A stretch of 64,000 nt of DNA from an uncultured Candidatus Saccharibacteria bacterium (GCA_964436545.1 CAYTCJ010000003.1:70041-134040); one strand, 5' to 3'. Counted from the stretch's first letter, positions 8,453 through 19,184 are shown. Numbers and translations: made by a program. The notes: generated by a model not told the origin, from the sequence alone.

Positions 8453-11400
8453 ATGAAACAAAAAATAAAGATTATAAAATTACTTAGTATAGCGGGATTT
8501 GTTGTATTTGCCAGTTTTTTATTTAATTTAAATGTCCAAGCTTTACCTTATGGAGGCAGTTGTGATGATGGAGATTTGTGCACTACTGACAGTTTTAATA
8601 ACGCAGATGGCCAATGTGAAAATATTCCAAAAGATTGTTCCGATACAAATGCGTGCACTGTTAACGAAACTTGTAATTCTGCTACTGGCCAATGTGAGAG
8701 TTCGCCTTTAAAATGTCCAGATGGTGAGCCTGCTCAATGTAAAAATTATACTTGTAATCCTGCGAGTGGTTGTGTGGTAACTAATATGCCCAATGGTAGT
8801 AGTTGTAATGGCAGTGGTGTAAGCTGTTCTATTACTTCGTTTGCTTGCAATAATGGTAGTTGTTCAGGTTCTGGTGGTCCGTATGCTTGCACAGCAAGTC
8901 GGTGCAATTTGGCAGGGACTTGCATAGATACCCCAACAGGTCCCAATGGTTGTACTACAGGTCCGGCTATTAATGTAGATGACGGTGATGCTTGCACCAA
9001 AGATTCTTGTGATGAAAATAGTGGCATTCAGAATATAAACCAACCAGTAGATGGCGGGTGGAGTGATCCAATATGTGGCGAATGGAGCTCTTGTTCCGGA
9101 AATCCTGGAACCCGAAGTAGAACTTGTACAAAGCAATGTAATAATCCAGCTCCTTCTTGTGAAGGAGATTATTGCCCAGGTTCAAATTCAGAAACGCAAA
9201 CCGAAGCTTGTGGTCAATGCACAGCTAACGAGGCTTGTGGAAGTGGTTCTTGCACCGGCACTCAATATTGCACCAATGGGGTGTTAAGTAGCTGTGATTA
9301 TAGTGCCAGTAATGGAGGTAGTTGTGATAGTGGTAATGGTGTGTGTGCTAATGGGACTTGTAATCCATCACCTGTGTGTGGCAATGGGGTGACGGAAGGT
9401 AACGAAACTTGCGACCAAGGTAGTGCCAATAATGGCGCTTGCCCTAAAACTTGCGGAAGTAATTGTCAAACCAACACTTGTATAAGTGGGGGAACTGGGG
9501 GAAGTGGTGGGTCTTGTGCGAGCAACGAAACAGCTTGTGGAAGCAATTGCTGTAATGACCAAAGTCAAATTTGTAATGCCCAAACGTTAACTTGTGTAAA
9601 TAAACCGGTGGTGAATTGTTTAAGTGCCAATGATTGCGATGATAACAACCCTTGCACCAGCAATATTTGTGGTTCAGATGGTAAATGCGATAATTCCCAA
9701 GGCACTTGTTATAAATGTTCTACTACTCCCAGCACGAATGGTTTTGGACATGTGAGTTATTGCAAGCAGAATGAAACGAGCGGGCAAGGTAGTTTTCAAT
9801 CATGTAGTGACTCATGTACTGGTGGCTCCGGTTCATCCTTTGTTTGCAACAACACCTGCTTTCCCAGCACGGCTTTTGGCGCTTGTCGGCAATTAAATAC
9901 CAATGTGCAGTGTATTGAATCTAGCGGAGGACAAACCCACTATTATAGGGTGACTTATACGGGCACGGTATGCGATGGCTTTAGCGGTAATCCGGTTGAC
10001 CCCAGTTGTACCACTTCGGGTTGTGCTTGCGTGCAAACTTCTTGCACTTATTCAGCTCAGCAAAATACGCCCGGAGTCTGGAATAGCGATGTGTTTAGTG
10101 GGAGTTGTGCCGGTAGTGGAAGCGGTGGGTCGGGTGGCACGGTCTGTGGAAATTTGGTAACCGAAGCGCCTACTGAACAGTGTGATGACGGGAATGTGGC
10201 TAATGGTGATGGCTGTAGTGCCTCTTGTCAAATTGAAAATAGTATTACCATTAACTCCATTCCGGTTTCGCAAGATGTTGTTAAAGGGAATTCTGCGGTT
10301 TATGCCATTAAGTCTACTTATTCCGGTGCGAGTATTGCCAATGCTAAATTTACGGTAAGTAATTGTCCGTCAGGTTCCACTTGCACTTTTGGCAGTGGCA
10401 GTAATACCCAAACCACTGCTTTTAACAGCAGTAAATTAGCCAGTGTAATTTTAACCGTGACCTCCGGCAGTAATTCCGCAGTGGCGAATAATACTTTAAA
10501 CGTGAAAGTGGAAAATGCAGTTTGTGCCGGACAGAGTGGCTGTTTGTCTGCCAATACCAACATTAATTTTAACGTGTTAAATCCAACTGTGGTGAATGCC
10601 AGTTCTTGTTTGGGCGATGTTACTGCGCCCGATGCGGTAAATGCGGGGGCGAGTTTTAATTATTCGGTAACCACGAAAAACGTGGGCAGTAGCACTTGGC
10701 ATAATGGCAGTAATGGACCAAATGTTTATGGCATTACGGCATGGCCCAGAAATGTAGATTATGTGTTTGGTGATCAGGTTACTATTTTGCCAACAAGCAG
10801 TGTATTACCTAATAACAACATCACTTTTAACGGCTCGGTAACTGCGCCTACCAATCCACCGGCGAAAGGCTGTACCCAAGTGGGAAATAATTTATACAGT
10901 TGTCCTTTAAGCTTAAGAATGTGGCAACATAATGTAGGCTGGTTTGGACCAATTTGTAATAAAAATATTAATGTTTCAGTAGCACCTCCAACAGTAAATT
11001 TAACTATTAATGATCGGACGGAAGATACTCTTAGCCGAGGTGGAAGTGGAACTTTTAGATGGACAACGAGTGATGCCAACAACTGTGTATCGTTAGGCAG
11101 TCAGGGTACTTGGAGCACGCAAGGGGGCGGACAACCGCTGATGTCTGCCGGTGCTACTGGTTCTTTGAGCAGTGGGTCGGTATCTACCGGCAGTTTAAGC
11201 CAACCCGGGTGGTGGCAATATAGCATTAGTTGCAGTAATAATTTTGGCGTAACCAACGATAGCGTATGGGTCTTTGTGCCGGATTGCAACGAGCCTCCGA
11301 GCTTAATTAGTTCTTCGGTGACTCCGGCTACGGTAGCTCCGGGGGGCAGTTATTCCATTGGGTGTAATTATGGTGTTCAGCCTACCACCACGACCATTAA

Positions 11401-14400
11401 TCCGGTTCCCAGCAGTGGCACTTGTTCGTTTATGGGTTGGTCCGGCACTGGCGCCAACTTTGCTTGCACAGCGCCAACGACTCCCAATACTTATCCAAAT
11501 TTATGCACCATTGGCACCAACAATTTAGGCCAAGCCAATACCATAGCTCCCCATTATTATTGTAAGCGCGACAGTGGCATTAATAGCACAGTCGTTTCTG
11601 CCGGACCGCCTCCTACTGTGGTTTTACAGGCTAATAACCAAGATACCAGCTCTGGTAGTCCCTTAGCTGTGCCTAGGAAACAATCTACGAATGTAAGTTT
11701 ATCTTGGACAGTAACTAATGCCACCAGTTGCACTGCCAGTAAATCTACAAGCGCGCCGGGCACTTTTACGGGTGATAAAAATTATACAAGCGGAAGTGAG
11801 GAAAAAACCGCTTTTATAACTCCCGGTGTTCATACCTATACTTTAACTTGCACAGGAGCGGGCGGGACAGCCAGCGACACCGCGTATATTTCTGTGCCTC
11901 AGTGTAATGCTACAACTTTTGTTGGCGGGAGTGTGTCGCCCGCAACTTTAACTTTACCCAACACAAGCTACACTTTAACTTGTGATTACGGAGTAAATAC
12001 CAATCAAATTTCTCCGGTAGTGGGCAGTGGATCTTGTGCATGGAGTGGAAATTGGAATGGAACTTCAGCGGTGTTTAATTGTACAGCTGGCAATACGCCA
12101 AATACTTACACAAACTCGTGTCGGTTAGTGCCAGAACAACCGGATGATTACTATTGTGCCAGCACTAATGCCATAAATAATTTAGTCATTCAACAGGCGA
12201 CCACTCCACCGCCTACCAATTTAAGCGCTGTATTGGCGACTTGTCCTTCTCGCAATGTAAATTTAACTTGGGCAAGCGGAGGAGGTAGCGGAGCGACTTA
12301 CAATGTTTATAGAAGCACGAGTAATAATAATAATTCGGCGTCTGCGAGTTTAGTGCAAGGCAGTATTAGCGCTTTAAGTTTTACCGATACGCCCAGTGCG
12401 GGTAGTAGTTATAACTACTGGGTATCTGCCAGCATTAATGGCGTGGAATCTACCCGTGTCTTAGCTACCGGCAGTCCGGTAGCGGTTACGGCTTGTGCGG
12501 GCAATGGTGCGCCGGTGGCAGTAGCAAAAATTTCTACCTACGATGGCGGTTATCAAAAAAGTATAACGGTTACCAAAGGCGTGCCTACAAGAATTTATCT
12601 TTCGGCCGACGAGAGTGATGATCCTAATGGATGGGGTGATAACCAATATGGTATGGATAGCGGAACTGCCAAGTGCGAATGGAATTACGATTTAGATCAA
12701 TCGGCCTTTAGTGTAGATAATACAGTAAGTCGTCCTTCTAGTAGAGGGAATTGTGATAATTTTTCTGAAAATGGGAGTTATAAAACCTTTAATGATACTC
12801 CCGGCACTTATACCTACCAGGTGTTAAGACTTACCGATAAACCCGGGGCAGTGTCTAATATTGATTTTGTCCAAGTAACAGTCCAAGAATTAAAACCGAC
12901 TATAGTATTAAGTCCCACGAGTTTTGTTTTTAATGCCGTTTTAAACGGCAGTAAACCTCCGGCGCAAGATTTACGCATTACCAATACCGGGAGCGGAGCT
13001 TTAAATTGGACTTTTGAACGCACAGGGAATGACCCGTGGTGTAATTTGCTTACAGCTTCGGGAACTAATATCCCGGTAAATTCCGGTGGAACTATTTTAG
13101 CTAATGGTGGATATGTAGATGTTAAGGTTTCGGTCAATGATCCGACAGTGGAAGGCAGTTTTTCTAATTGCGGTATTCGCATTAAAGATGCCAATGCCAC
13201 CAACAGTCCTCAAGATGCCGGTGTGACTTACAATGTGTCCAGTGCTTCGTGTCCGGTTGGTACGGTTTCGCTGTCTGCATCCACTATCAACCCCGGTCAA
13301 ACTGTTACGGCTTCCGCTCCCAGTGGCTTTAGCGGTGGCAGTTTTGCATCTTCTAATCTTGCGGTTGCCACAGTAAGCGGAACCACCATTAGCGGAGTTT
13401 CTACCGGCACCTCAAATATTTCCGGCACCGGCTTTAGCCACACCGGCGGAGCCACCAACTGCGCGCTTGCCTCAGCCACTTTAACTGTGAATAATGCGCC
13501 ACCCACCACCGGCACTATTAATGTGCGTTATGCTTTAGACAATAGCAATCAAGCCGGCAGTGTGAATATTAATTATGGAATAAGCGGGCCTTCGCCCGTA
13601 GCCAGTGGGAGTTATGCGGTAAGCGTGTCGTCTTCCCATCCTAATTCGCAACCCGGCAGTTATACTCTTACTTACAATTCCGGTGGCCCAGCCAATGCTT
13701 TAATCGATCCCAATACCCCTATTACACCTTCGGTTACCCAAAGTTTAACTGCCGGCAGTAGCATTACTTACACCTTTAACTTTTTAAGCAAACCGGCCCC
13801 GGTGTGTCCGACCGGATCGTGTTGTCCGGGCGGAGATAACAGTTCTACTACTTGCGGAGGCGGGGGAGGGAGTGGTGGAGGTTATACAGGCGTGGCTTGT
13901 AAGACCATTAAAATCAACTGGACCGATGGTTCTACCAATGAAGATGGGTTCTATGTGTATGCCAACCAAACCGGCACCGCGCCGGCAACTGCTGGCGAAA
14001 AGACCGCTCAAAGGGTGGCTACGGTTACCACCACCACTAAAGCCGGCACCGGCCAAGCGTATACGTATACTTTTAGTGCTCCCAATACCAACCCTTACTA
14101 TTTCTGGGTTTCGGCATATAATAATGCGGGTGGAGCCGGAGAGTCGGCATTAATGCCCATGAGTAATAACCCCATATCTGCCAACGACTGCACCGCGAAT
14201 ATTGTTTCGTCCGATAAAGATATGATTACCGTAGCCGGAGTGAATCCGACGGCGACAGCTTGTAATGGTTCCGCCGAAGGCACGTATTTAGGCGCCACTC
14301 CAATCAAGTTTTTTGGCGGAAATCTTATTACTTTTGCCATTAATGTGTGTAATAACAATAATAGCTTTTATGATGCAAAAGATGTAATTGTCACTGATTA

Positions 14401-14749
14401 TTTAACTAACCTCAAAAAACCCGCCACCGGGTGGAATACCAAACAATGCACCGGAGGGGGCGGGAGCGGAACTTGCACCAATCTTTCTGTCACAGAAGCG
14501 GGCACTTCGCCTAATCAAACCTTAACCTTTAGTTTGCAGAATGTCTTAATTGGGGAAGTAAAGAGTATTTTAGTCACAGCGGAAATTGCACCCGCACCGT
14601 TAGGTTCCACTTCGCGGTTTAATAACCGAGCAATTATAGATTATAAAAAAGAAGATGGTTCGCGCAGTAACCGACAAGCTTCCACGCCGTGGTTGCCGTA
14701 TTTTTCCGCCACTTCCACGCCTAGCAGGATAGAAATTCCGGGAAGATAG
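8453..14749 (+). CDS. Giant Cys-rich secreted adhesin-like protein
   Basis: Signal peptide; CDDGDLCTTDS Dictyostelium-type repeats; thrombospondin-1-like DGGWS...WSSCS...RSRTC; Myxococcus-type CGN...EQCDDGNVANGDGCSASCQIE; Ig/FN3/BACON-like and DUF11-like C-terminal modules. Confidence 0.88.
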   Translation: MKQKIKIIKLLSIAGFVVFASFLFNLNVQALPYGGSCDDGDLCTTDSFNNADGQCENIPKDCSDTNACTVNETCNSATGQCESSPLKCPDGEPAQCKNYTCNPASGCVVTNMPNGSSCNGSGVSCSITSFACNNGSCSGSGGPYACTASRCNLAGTCIDTPTGPNGCTTGPAINVDDGDACTKDSCDENSGIQNINQPVDGGWSDPICGEWSSCSGNPGTRSRTCTKQCNNPAPSCEGDYCPGSNSETQTEACGQCTANEACGSGSCTGTQYCTNGVLSSCDYSASNGGSCDSGNGVCANGTCNPSPVCGNGVTEGNETCDQGSANNGACPKTCGSNCQTNTCISGGTGGSGGSCASNETACGSNCCNDQSQICNAQTLTCVNKPVVNCLSANDCDDNNPCTSNICGSDGKCDNSQGTCYKCSTTPSTNGFGHVSYCKQNETSGQGSFQSCSDSCTGGSGSSFVCNNTCFPSTAFGACRQLNTNVQCIESSGGQTHYYRVTYTGTVCDGFSGNPVDPSCTTSGCACVQTSCTYSAQQNTPGVWNSDVFSGSCAGSGSGGSGGTVCGNLVTEAPTEQCDDGNVANGDGCSASCQIENSITINSIPVSQDVVKGNSAVYAIKSTYSGASIANAKFTVSNCPSGSTCTFGSGSNTQTTAFNSSKLASVILTVTSGSNSAVANNTLNVKVENAVCAGQSGCLSANTNINFNVLNPTVVNASSCLGDVTAPDAVNAGASFNYSVTTKNVGSSTWHNGSNGPNVYGITAWPRNVDYVFGDQVTILPTSSVLPNNNITFNGSVTAPTNPPAKGCTQVGNNLYSCPLSLRMWQHNVGWFGPICNKNINVSVAPPTVNLTINDRTEDTLSRGGSGTFRWTTSDANNCVSLGSQGTWSTQGGGQPLMSAGATGSLSSGSVSTGSLSQPGWWQYSISCSNNFGVTNDSVWVFVPDCNEPPSLISSSVTPATVAPGGSYSIGCNYGVQPTTTTINPVPSSGTCSFMGWSGTGANFACTAPTTPNTYPNLCTIGTNNLGQANTIAPHYYCKRDSGINSTVVSAGPPPTVVLQANNQDTSSGSPLAVPRKQSTNVSLSWTVTNATSCTASKSTSAPGTFTGDKNYTSGSEEKTAFITPGVHTYTLTCTGAGGTASDTAYISVPQCNATTFVGGSVSPATLTLPNTSYTLTCDYGVNTNQISPVVGSGSCAWSGNWNGTSAVFNCTAGNTPNTYTNSCRLVPEQPDDYYCASTNAINNLVIQQATTPPPTNLSAVLATCPSRNVNLTWASGGGSGATYNVYRSTSNNNNSASASLVQGSISALSFTDTPSAGSSYNYWVSASINGVESTRVLATGSPVAVTACAGNGAPVAVAKISTYDGGYQKSITVTKGVPTRIYLSADESDDPNGWGDNQYGMDSGTAKCEWNYDLDQSAFSVDNTVSRPSSRGNCDNFSENGSYKTFNDTPGTYTYQVLRLTDKPGAVSNIDFVQVTVQELKPTIVLSPTSFVFNAVLNGSKPPAQDLRITNTGSGALNWTFERTGNDPWCNLLTASGTNIPVNSGGTILANGGYVDVKVSVNDPTVEGSFSNCGIRIKDANATNSPQDAGVTYNVSSASCPVGTVSLSASTINPGQTVTASAPSGFSGGSFASSNLAVATVSGTTISGVSTGTSNISGTGFSHTGGATNCALASATLTVNNAPPTTGTINVRYALDNSNQAGSVNINYGISGPSPVASGSYAVSVSSSHPNSQPGSYTLTYNSGGPANALIDPNTPITPSVTQSLTAGSSITYTFNFLSKPAPVCPTGSCCPGGDNSSTTCGGGGGSGGGYTGVACKTIKINWTDGSTNEDGFYVYANQTGTAPATAGEKTAQRVATVTTTTKAGTGQAYTYTFSAPNTNPYYFWVSAYNNAGGAGESALMPMSNNPISANDCTANIVSSDKDMITVAGVNPTATACNGSAEGTYLGATPIKFFGGNLITFAINVCNNNNSFYDAKDVIVTDYLTNLKKPATGWNTKQCTGGGGSGTCTNLSVTEAGTSPNQTLTFSLQNVLIGEVKSILVTAEIAPAPLGSTSRFNNRAIIDYKKEDGSRSNRQASTPWLPYFSATSTPSRIEIPGR

Positions 14750-14912
14750 GGAGGAGAAAAATTTCTAATTCCTAATATCTAATTCATAAAAGAAGAAATT
14801 GGTTAATCAGGAGACAAGTGGACAGGACTTGATTCGACAGATACGAAGTATGTACGGAATAAAAAACTGGGTCATACACAATAGTGGTTGAGTAAAATGA
14901 ATACCCACACTT

Positions 14913-15004
14913 TGTCATTCCGGAAGCCCGGAGGACTATCCGGAATCCAGGTTTTGTTATGAGTTATGGATCCCGGCTCTCCTAAAGCCTCGGCCGGGAT
15001 GACA
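14913..15004. repeat. Inverted doublet of GTCATTCC-type REP palindromes
   Basis: tgtcattccgga...tccggaatcca, spacer, then tggatcccggc...gccgggatgaca, between convergent genes. Confidence 0.8.
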
Positions 15005-15069
15005 CAATTAAGTAAGTTTGTCGTTGTTGAGTAAATATGCCCAGTCAATTACTCTTTAAAAAGCTGTCC

Positions 15070-15666
15070 TTAATGGGACAGCTTTTTAAAGAGGTTAAAT
15101 ATTTTATACCAAAACCTTAGACAGAAAATTACTAGCGCAAAAATTAGGGTATATAGTAAAGTTTTAAAAATATTCGGGGCAGGGGGCGGGTCTAAATGTA
15201 GAGTTAAGGGGATTTTGGTGCCAATGGCTACGTTAGCATCGGTTTGGCTTAAGGCGCTGGCTGTAATGGAGAGGTTGGTGTTCATAACAACCCCCCCTAC
15301 CCTCCCTTTGGACAAAGGGGGGGGAAGAGAAGGAGATTTGGATAAAGAGAGGTGATCTTTAGAGATAGCATTTTTATCATCTTTTGAGTCAGAGGTAGTA
15401 GGGGGGGTTGATAAGCTTAAACCCACCTTAACTTTTTTTTGCGCGCCGGATTCCAAAGTAAAGCTTTTGGGTGTAATGTCTATTAAGTCTTTAAATTCAT
15501 CGGCATAGACTTCAAAGAGTAAAACATCTTGGCTGGGGTTTGTGATGCTTAAAGTTTGAAATCCCGAGGTATTTAAATTCAGGTGGTCGGGAAAAACCGC
15601 CATGCCCGAAGCTTGGGTGGTAATGGGTATAAGTAAGAGTATGAGGGTTAAAAATAGTTTAATCAT
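15070..15666 (-). CDS. Secreted/membrane protein with PapD-like Ig domain
   Basis: Signal peptide, ITPKSFTLESGAQKKVKV, C-terminal TM helix; carries an in-frame hairpin repeat (LPPPLSKGRVGG). Confidence 0.7.
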   Translation of the reverse strand: MIKLFLTLILLLIPITTQASGMAVFPDHLNLNTSGFQTLSITNPSQDVLLFEVYADEFKDLIDITPKSFTLESGAQKKVKVGLSLSTPPTTSDSKDDKNAISKDHLSLSKSPSLPPPLSKGRVGGVVMNTNLSITASALSQTDANVAIGTKIPLTLHLDPPPAPNIFKTLLYTLIFALVIFCLRFWYKIFNLFKKLSH

Positions 15667-15935
15667 AATTTTATTAGTTATAGAACCTATGGGCTTACTA
15701 AATTTTAGTGTTCAGGCCAATGTGGAGAACCCAAAATTTAGCTTTTTATTGATAAGTGCTTCTCGACTCGCCTAAAAGACTCACTCGAAGACTATTAATA
15801 TACTAAATTGGTGGACCGTAGAAGTTTTAAATTAGTTGCTCTGCTGGGCCCACCCAGCAGAATCACATTGGAATTATTTTTTAGCGGAGAGTGAATAATT
15901 ATTAGGTATGGTGCTTAATTAATGTTTATTTAAGT

Positions 15936-17747
15936 TTAATTTCCAATGTTGCTCTGCTGGGCCCAAAAAATTAATTGACCGGTTTGGTTGCCAGGGTTAG
16001 CGCCTTGAGGGATGGTTAACGAACTTTCAATTACCGCTGTTTGACTGCCGGATACGGTTTTTTTGAATTGTTTCCAAAATTTACCTTCCAGAAGTAAGTT
16101 ATCCTTAAAGATGGGTCCGGTTTTAACCTCGGCTTCAAAGACTAAGGCTTTACTGCCTTGGTTTTTTAACGTTAAAGCTTTTTTGGCAGTTTGTCCACCC
16201 TTAAGTTGTCCAAAACTTAAACTGCCCGGTTCAATGGCAAAGGCAATAGTTTGGTTCGCCGGATTAGTAGTGGAGGCGCCCGCAACCGATCCGCTTTGCA
16301 CATCGACACTTAAATCTATGCCGGCAGTGCCGGGATTGCCGAATTTTAGCAAAGTTTTGGCGCTTCGGACAAACCCAGGTTTTTCCCCATAAATTTTATA
16401 GTAGCCATCGGGTAGGGAGAAGCTTACTTTGCCTTGGGAATTGGTGTTTGTGTCCGTAGTCAGGGGTGAAATTTTTACATTAGCCTCGGGCTTGTTAGTA
16501 GTGTCTTGGGATTCTACTAATAAATCTACATTCTGCCCGGAAGTTATTTCGGTAGGGGTAGCGGTAAGCTTTAACGGTTTTATGGCAATGTCGCCATAAG
16601 CCCAGAGCACTTCATCGCCTTCTTTAAGTTGATAATCTGTGGCGGATTGGTTTAACTTCACCAAATTTACCCAGTATTGCCAACCGCTATTTCCGCTGGC
16701 TTCTTCGGCGTTAATTTTAGTTAAATAATTTCCATCTTTAATGTTATAGGTATATCCGCAAAGCGTGGTAGCGGTTTTAATAATGTCCATAGGCGTAGTG
16801 CCCGGGGTTTTGCCTTCGCAAATGGTTTCGCTTAAGCCTTCAATTCTAAAGTTGTACTGGAGTTTAACCGGCGTAATAATGTTTAGCGGGAGAGTTTTGC
16901 CTTCTAAGGCAATTATGGCCCATGCGGTATTGTCGGCACTTAAAGCATTTTCTCCCAAACCCGGATAGATAAAATAACCAAAAGTGTGCTGGTAGCTTTC
17001 TAAATAATCTTTGGGAGTTTTTCCGGACTTTTGCCAATCTGCCAAATTGGCTTTTAAAGCATTCAGCGTCCACATAACCCAAGCGGTAGAAGAGGTGTCG
17101 CTGTCCGTGCCCCATTCAGATTTTGGGTCATAGGTAAAACCGCCATCAGAATTCTGACAGGTTTTTAAAAAGTTAATGGCAGATGTAATTTTTGTATCGG
17201 TAGGGGAGATGCCCACGGCGAGTAAGGCTAAGATGGCAGAAGCCGTAGTGTTAGAATCACTGGAAGCCGACAAGGCATAACCCCAGCCACCATCGGAACT
17301 TTGTTTGGCTAAAACAAATTTTTTGGCATCTTCAATTATGCTATCGTTAAGCGGTTCGCCCGAGGCGACTAAAGCCAAAATGCCAAAAATGTCATCGTTC
17401 ACGGTTTGGGTATCGCCAATTTGGTTAGCCGTGTAAAAAGTTTTTAATTTGGCGACTAAATCTTGCGAACCGAATTTTCTGGGGTCTTGACCAACGGCAG
17501 TAATGGCTAAAATCGGTTTGGTAAAATCAATGGCATGGGTGCCGGAAACAGTTTTTAAATAATCCAAATCCAAACCGGTTTTCCCTAAAGCGGTAAGTCC
17601 CATAGTTGACCAGCCGTTATTGCTGTGGGCCAATAAATATTTTTCGGCTGAAGTTTTGTCGTAAGCTTTCGCAACTGTGAGCGGAGAAAAAAAGCTCAAG
17701 GTCAAGCTTAAGAGTAGGAGACTGGCATAAAACGATTTGCTTTTCAT
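15936..17747 (-). CDS. Surface protein with prenyltransferase/squalene-oxidase repeats and DUF4430 (transcobalamin-like) domain; putative cobalamin-binding protein
   Basis: Signal peptide; QSSDGGWG and QNSDGGF repeats; GWQYWVN...YQLKEGDEVLWAY DUF4430 motif; upstream cobalamin riboswitch. Confidence 0.85.
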   Translation of the reverse strand: MKSKSFYASLLLLSLTLSFFSPLTVAKAYDKTSAEKYLLAHSNNGWSTMGLTALGKTGLDLDYLKTVSGTHAIDFTKPILAITAVGQDPRKFGSQDLVAKLKTFYTANQIGDTQTVNDDIFGILALVASGEPLNDSIIEDAKKFVLAKQSSDGGWGYALSASSDSNTTASAILALLAVGISPTDTKITSAINFLKTCQNSDGGFTYDPKSEWGTDSDTSSTAWVMWTLNALKANLADWQKSGKTPKDYLESYQHTFGYFIYPGLGENALSADNTAWAIIALEGKTLPLNIITPVKLQYNFRIEGLSETICEGKTPGTTPMDIIKTATTLCGYTYNIKDGNYLTKINAEEASGNSGWQYWVNLVKLNQSATDYQLKEGDEVLWAYGDIAIKPLKLTATPTEITSGQNVDLLVESQDTTNKPEANVKISPLTTDTNTNSQGKVSFSLPDGYYKIYGEKPGFVRSAKTLLKFGNPGTAGIDLSVDVQSGSVAGASTTNPANQTIAFAIEPGSLSFGQLKGGQTAKKALTLKNQGSKALVFEAEVKTGPIFKDNLLLEGKFWKQFKKTVSGSQTAVIESSLTIPQGANPGNQTGQLIFWAQQSNIGN

Positions 17748-17793
17748 ATTTTTTAAAATTAATAATTATTTTTTTGCTTTAAAATTTTAGGGG

Positions 17794-18028
17794 ATAGGAC
17801 TCCGCCAGCTGGCGGATAGGTCATATAGGTCGTATAAGTCGTATAAGTCTTATTTGTCACATATGTCCTATCTGTCGCATATGTCCCATCTGTCTTATTT
17901 GTCCCATACTTCTTTTTTTATATGTCCTATTTGTCTCATCTGTCCTATTTGTCGCATCTGTCCTATTTGTCCCATATTTCATTTTTCTTATTTGTCCTAT
18001 TTGCCACATTTGTCCCATATGTCCTATT
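17794..18028. repeat. Degenerate 9-bp tandem repeat array (ATTTGTCCT-like)
   Basis: Roughly 20+ units of period 9; same family as the arrays at 30701 and 31615. Confidence 0.9.
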
Positions 18029-18051
18029 GTCAGGCTTTAGAGAATCTTGCG

Positions 18052-18082
18052 AAAAAAAATAAATCGTTGCCAAAGCAACGAT
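18052..18082 (-). terminator. Riboswitch expression-platform terminator
   Basis: Minus strand atcgttgc-tttg-gcaacgat followed by ttatttttttt. Confidence 0.7.
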
Positions 18083-18109
18083 ATAATTTATCCTGCTTCG
18101 GGAAATTTC

Positions 18110-18250
18110 TACAATCCAAAATAGACCAGACTCGTTTTGCCAAAAGTGGCAAACATTACTGTTGCGGCACAGTCCCGGAATATTATCCTACTTCGTTTAA
18201 AGCTTCGTAGGATATTCACCAGAGTTCCTTTTTTGAATTACTTAAATTGT
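18110..18250 (-). promoter_or_regulatory. Cobalamin riboswitch
   Basis: Minus strand aaaaggaactctggtgaa...ttccgggactgtgccgcaacagtaa...gagtctgg resembles the B12-element core; lies upstream of a DUF4430 gene. Ends approximate. Confidence 0.8.
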
Positions 18251-18256
18251 TTTCTA

Positions 18257-18285
18257 ACAATACTCCGAATAAAATAATTTGTCAA
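18257..18285 (-). promoter_or_regulatory. Sigma70 promoter for the riboswitch leader
   Basis: TTGACA-17 nt-TATTGT on the minus strand directly upstream of the aptamer. Confidence 0.6.
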
Positions 18286-19184
18286 AATTTGGTCAACTTA
18301 GCTGTGGATAATTTAACCTAAAGTTATGCGAAAACGTGTCCCTAAAACAAATTTTTAGCAATATTGCGTGGAACAGATAATTTTAAACAAAAATCGATTA
18401 AGTTCACAGTTTCATTATAGTTTCAGAGAATATATAACTTTTAATTTTTGCGACAATACAATATAAAAAGTATAAGTAGATTATTACTCAAATTTTGTAA
18501 TGGGTTACCAGCCAAAGAATTCATTTCCTGAATTTTATAGTTTATAAGTCTGGAGACTAAGAACAAAAACTTCAATTAAATTAAAAGCGCAACAAACTTT
18601 ATTGGAGTTTGGGTTATAGCGTATCCGAGATTTTACTTTTTCTGCGCTTATTTTAAAGGAGACGTATTTTGTAGGCAATTTTCTGCAAAACCTAATTTTC
18701 AAATATTTTGCATGCTTAAAATTTTAATTGAGTGAAAAAATGTCAAAATCTTTGTTTTAAGATATAAGACATTCAGCCATTTGGCTAAGTTGGGTGTGTT
18801 AGCTAACTTAAGTTAAGCTTTTAAATTGATTGTATTTAGTTTCACGTAGGAAAATCTATTTATAGGATTTTTTTTTCAATTTTCGTGAATAATTATATTA
18901 AGGATATTGCCATATATTTAATAGCGACAAAAATAAAATTTAGGCTTGGTTTTAAAAACCAAATTTAAGTATTTAGGTATAAATTTAAATTAGGGTTAGT
19001 ATTAAATTTATGTTGTAATGAGTGAAACATACTTTTGTAAAAAATTTTGTGTTTTTTACAAAATTTTTTTGCTTAAAAGTCTTTAAAAACTTGTTTAAAA
19101 AAAGTATAATATATATATAAGTTAAATTAATAAATCGGATATCCGAGATTAACTAAATCCACTTAAGAATAAGCGAAGTTTAAA

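Noticed and set aside
17854-18210. 118-aa ORF (MSHMSYLSH...)
   Set aside because: It is a translation of the 9-mer array and the antisense riboswitch; period-9 repeats stay open by construction.
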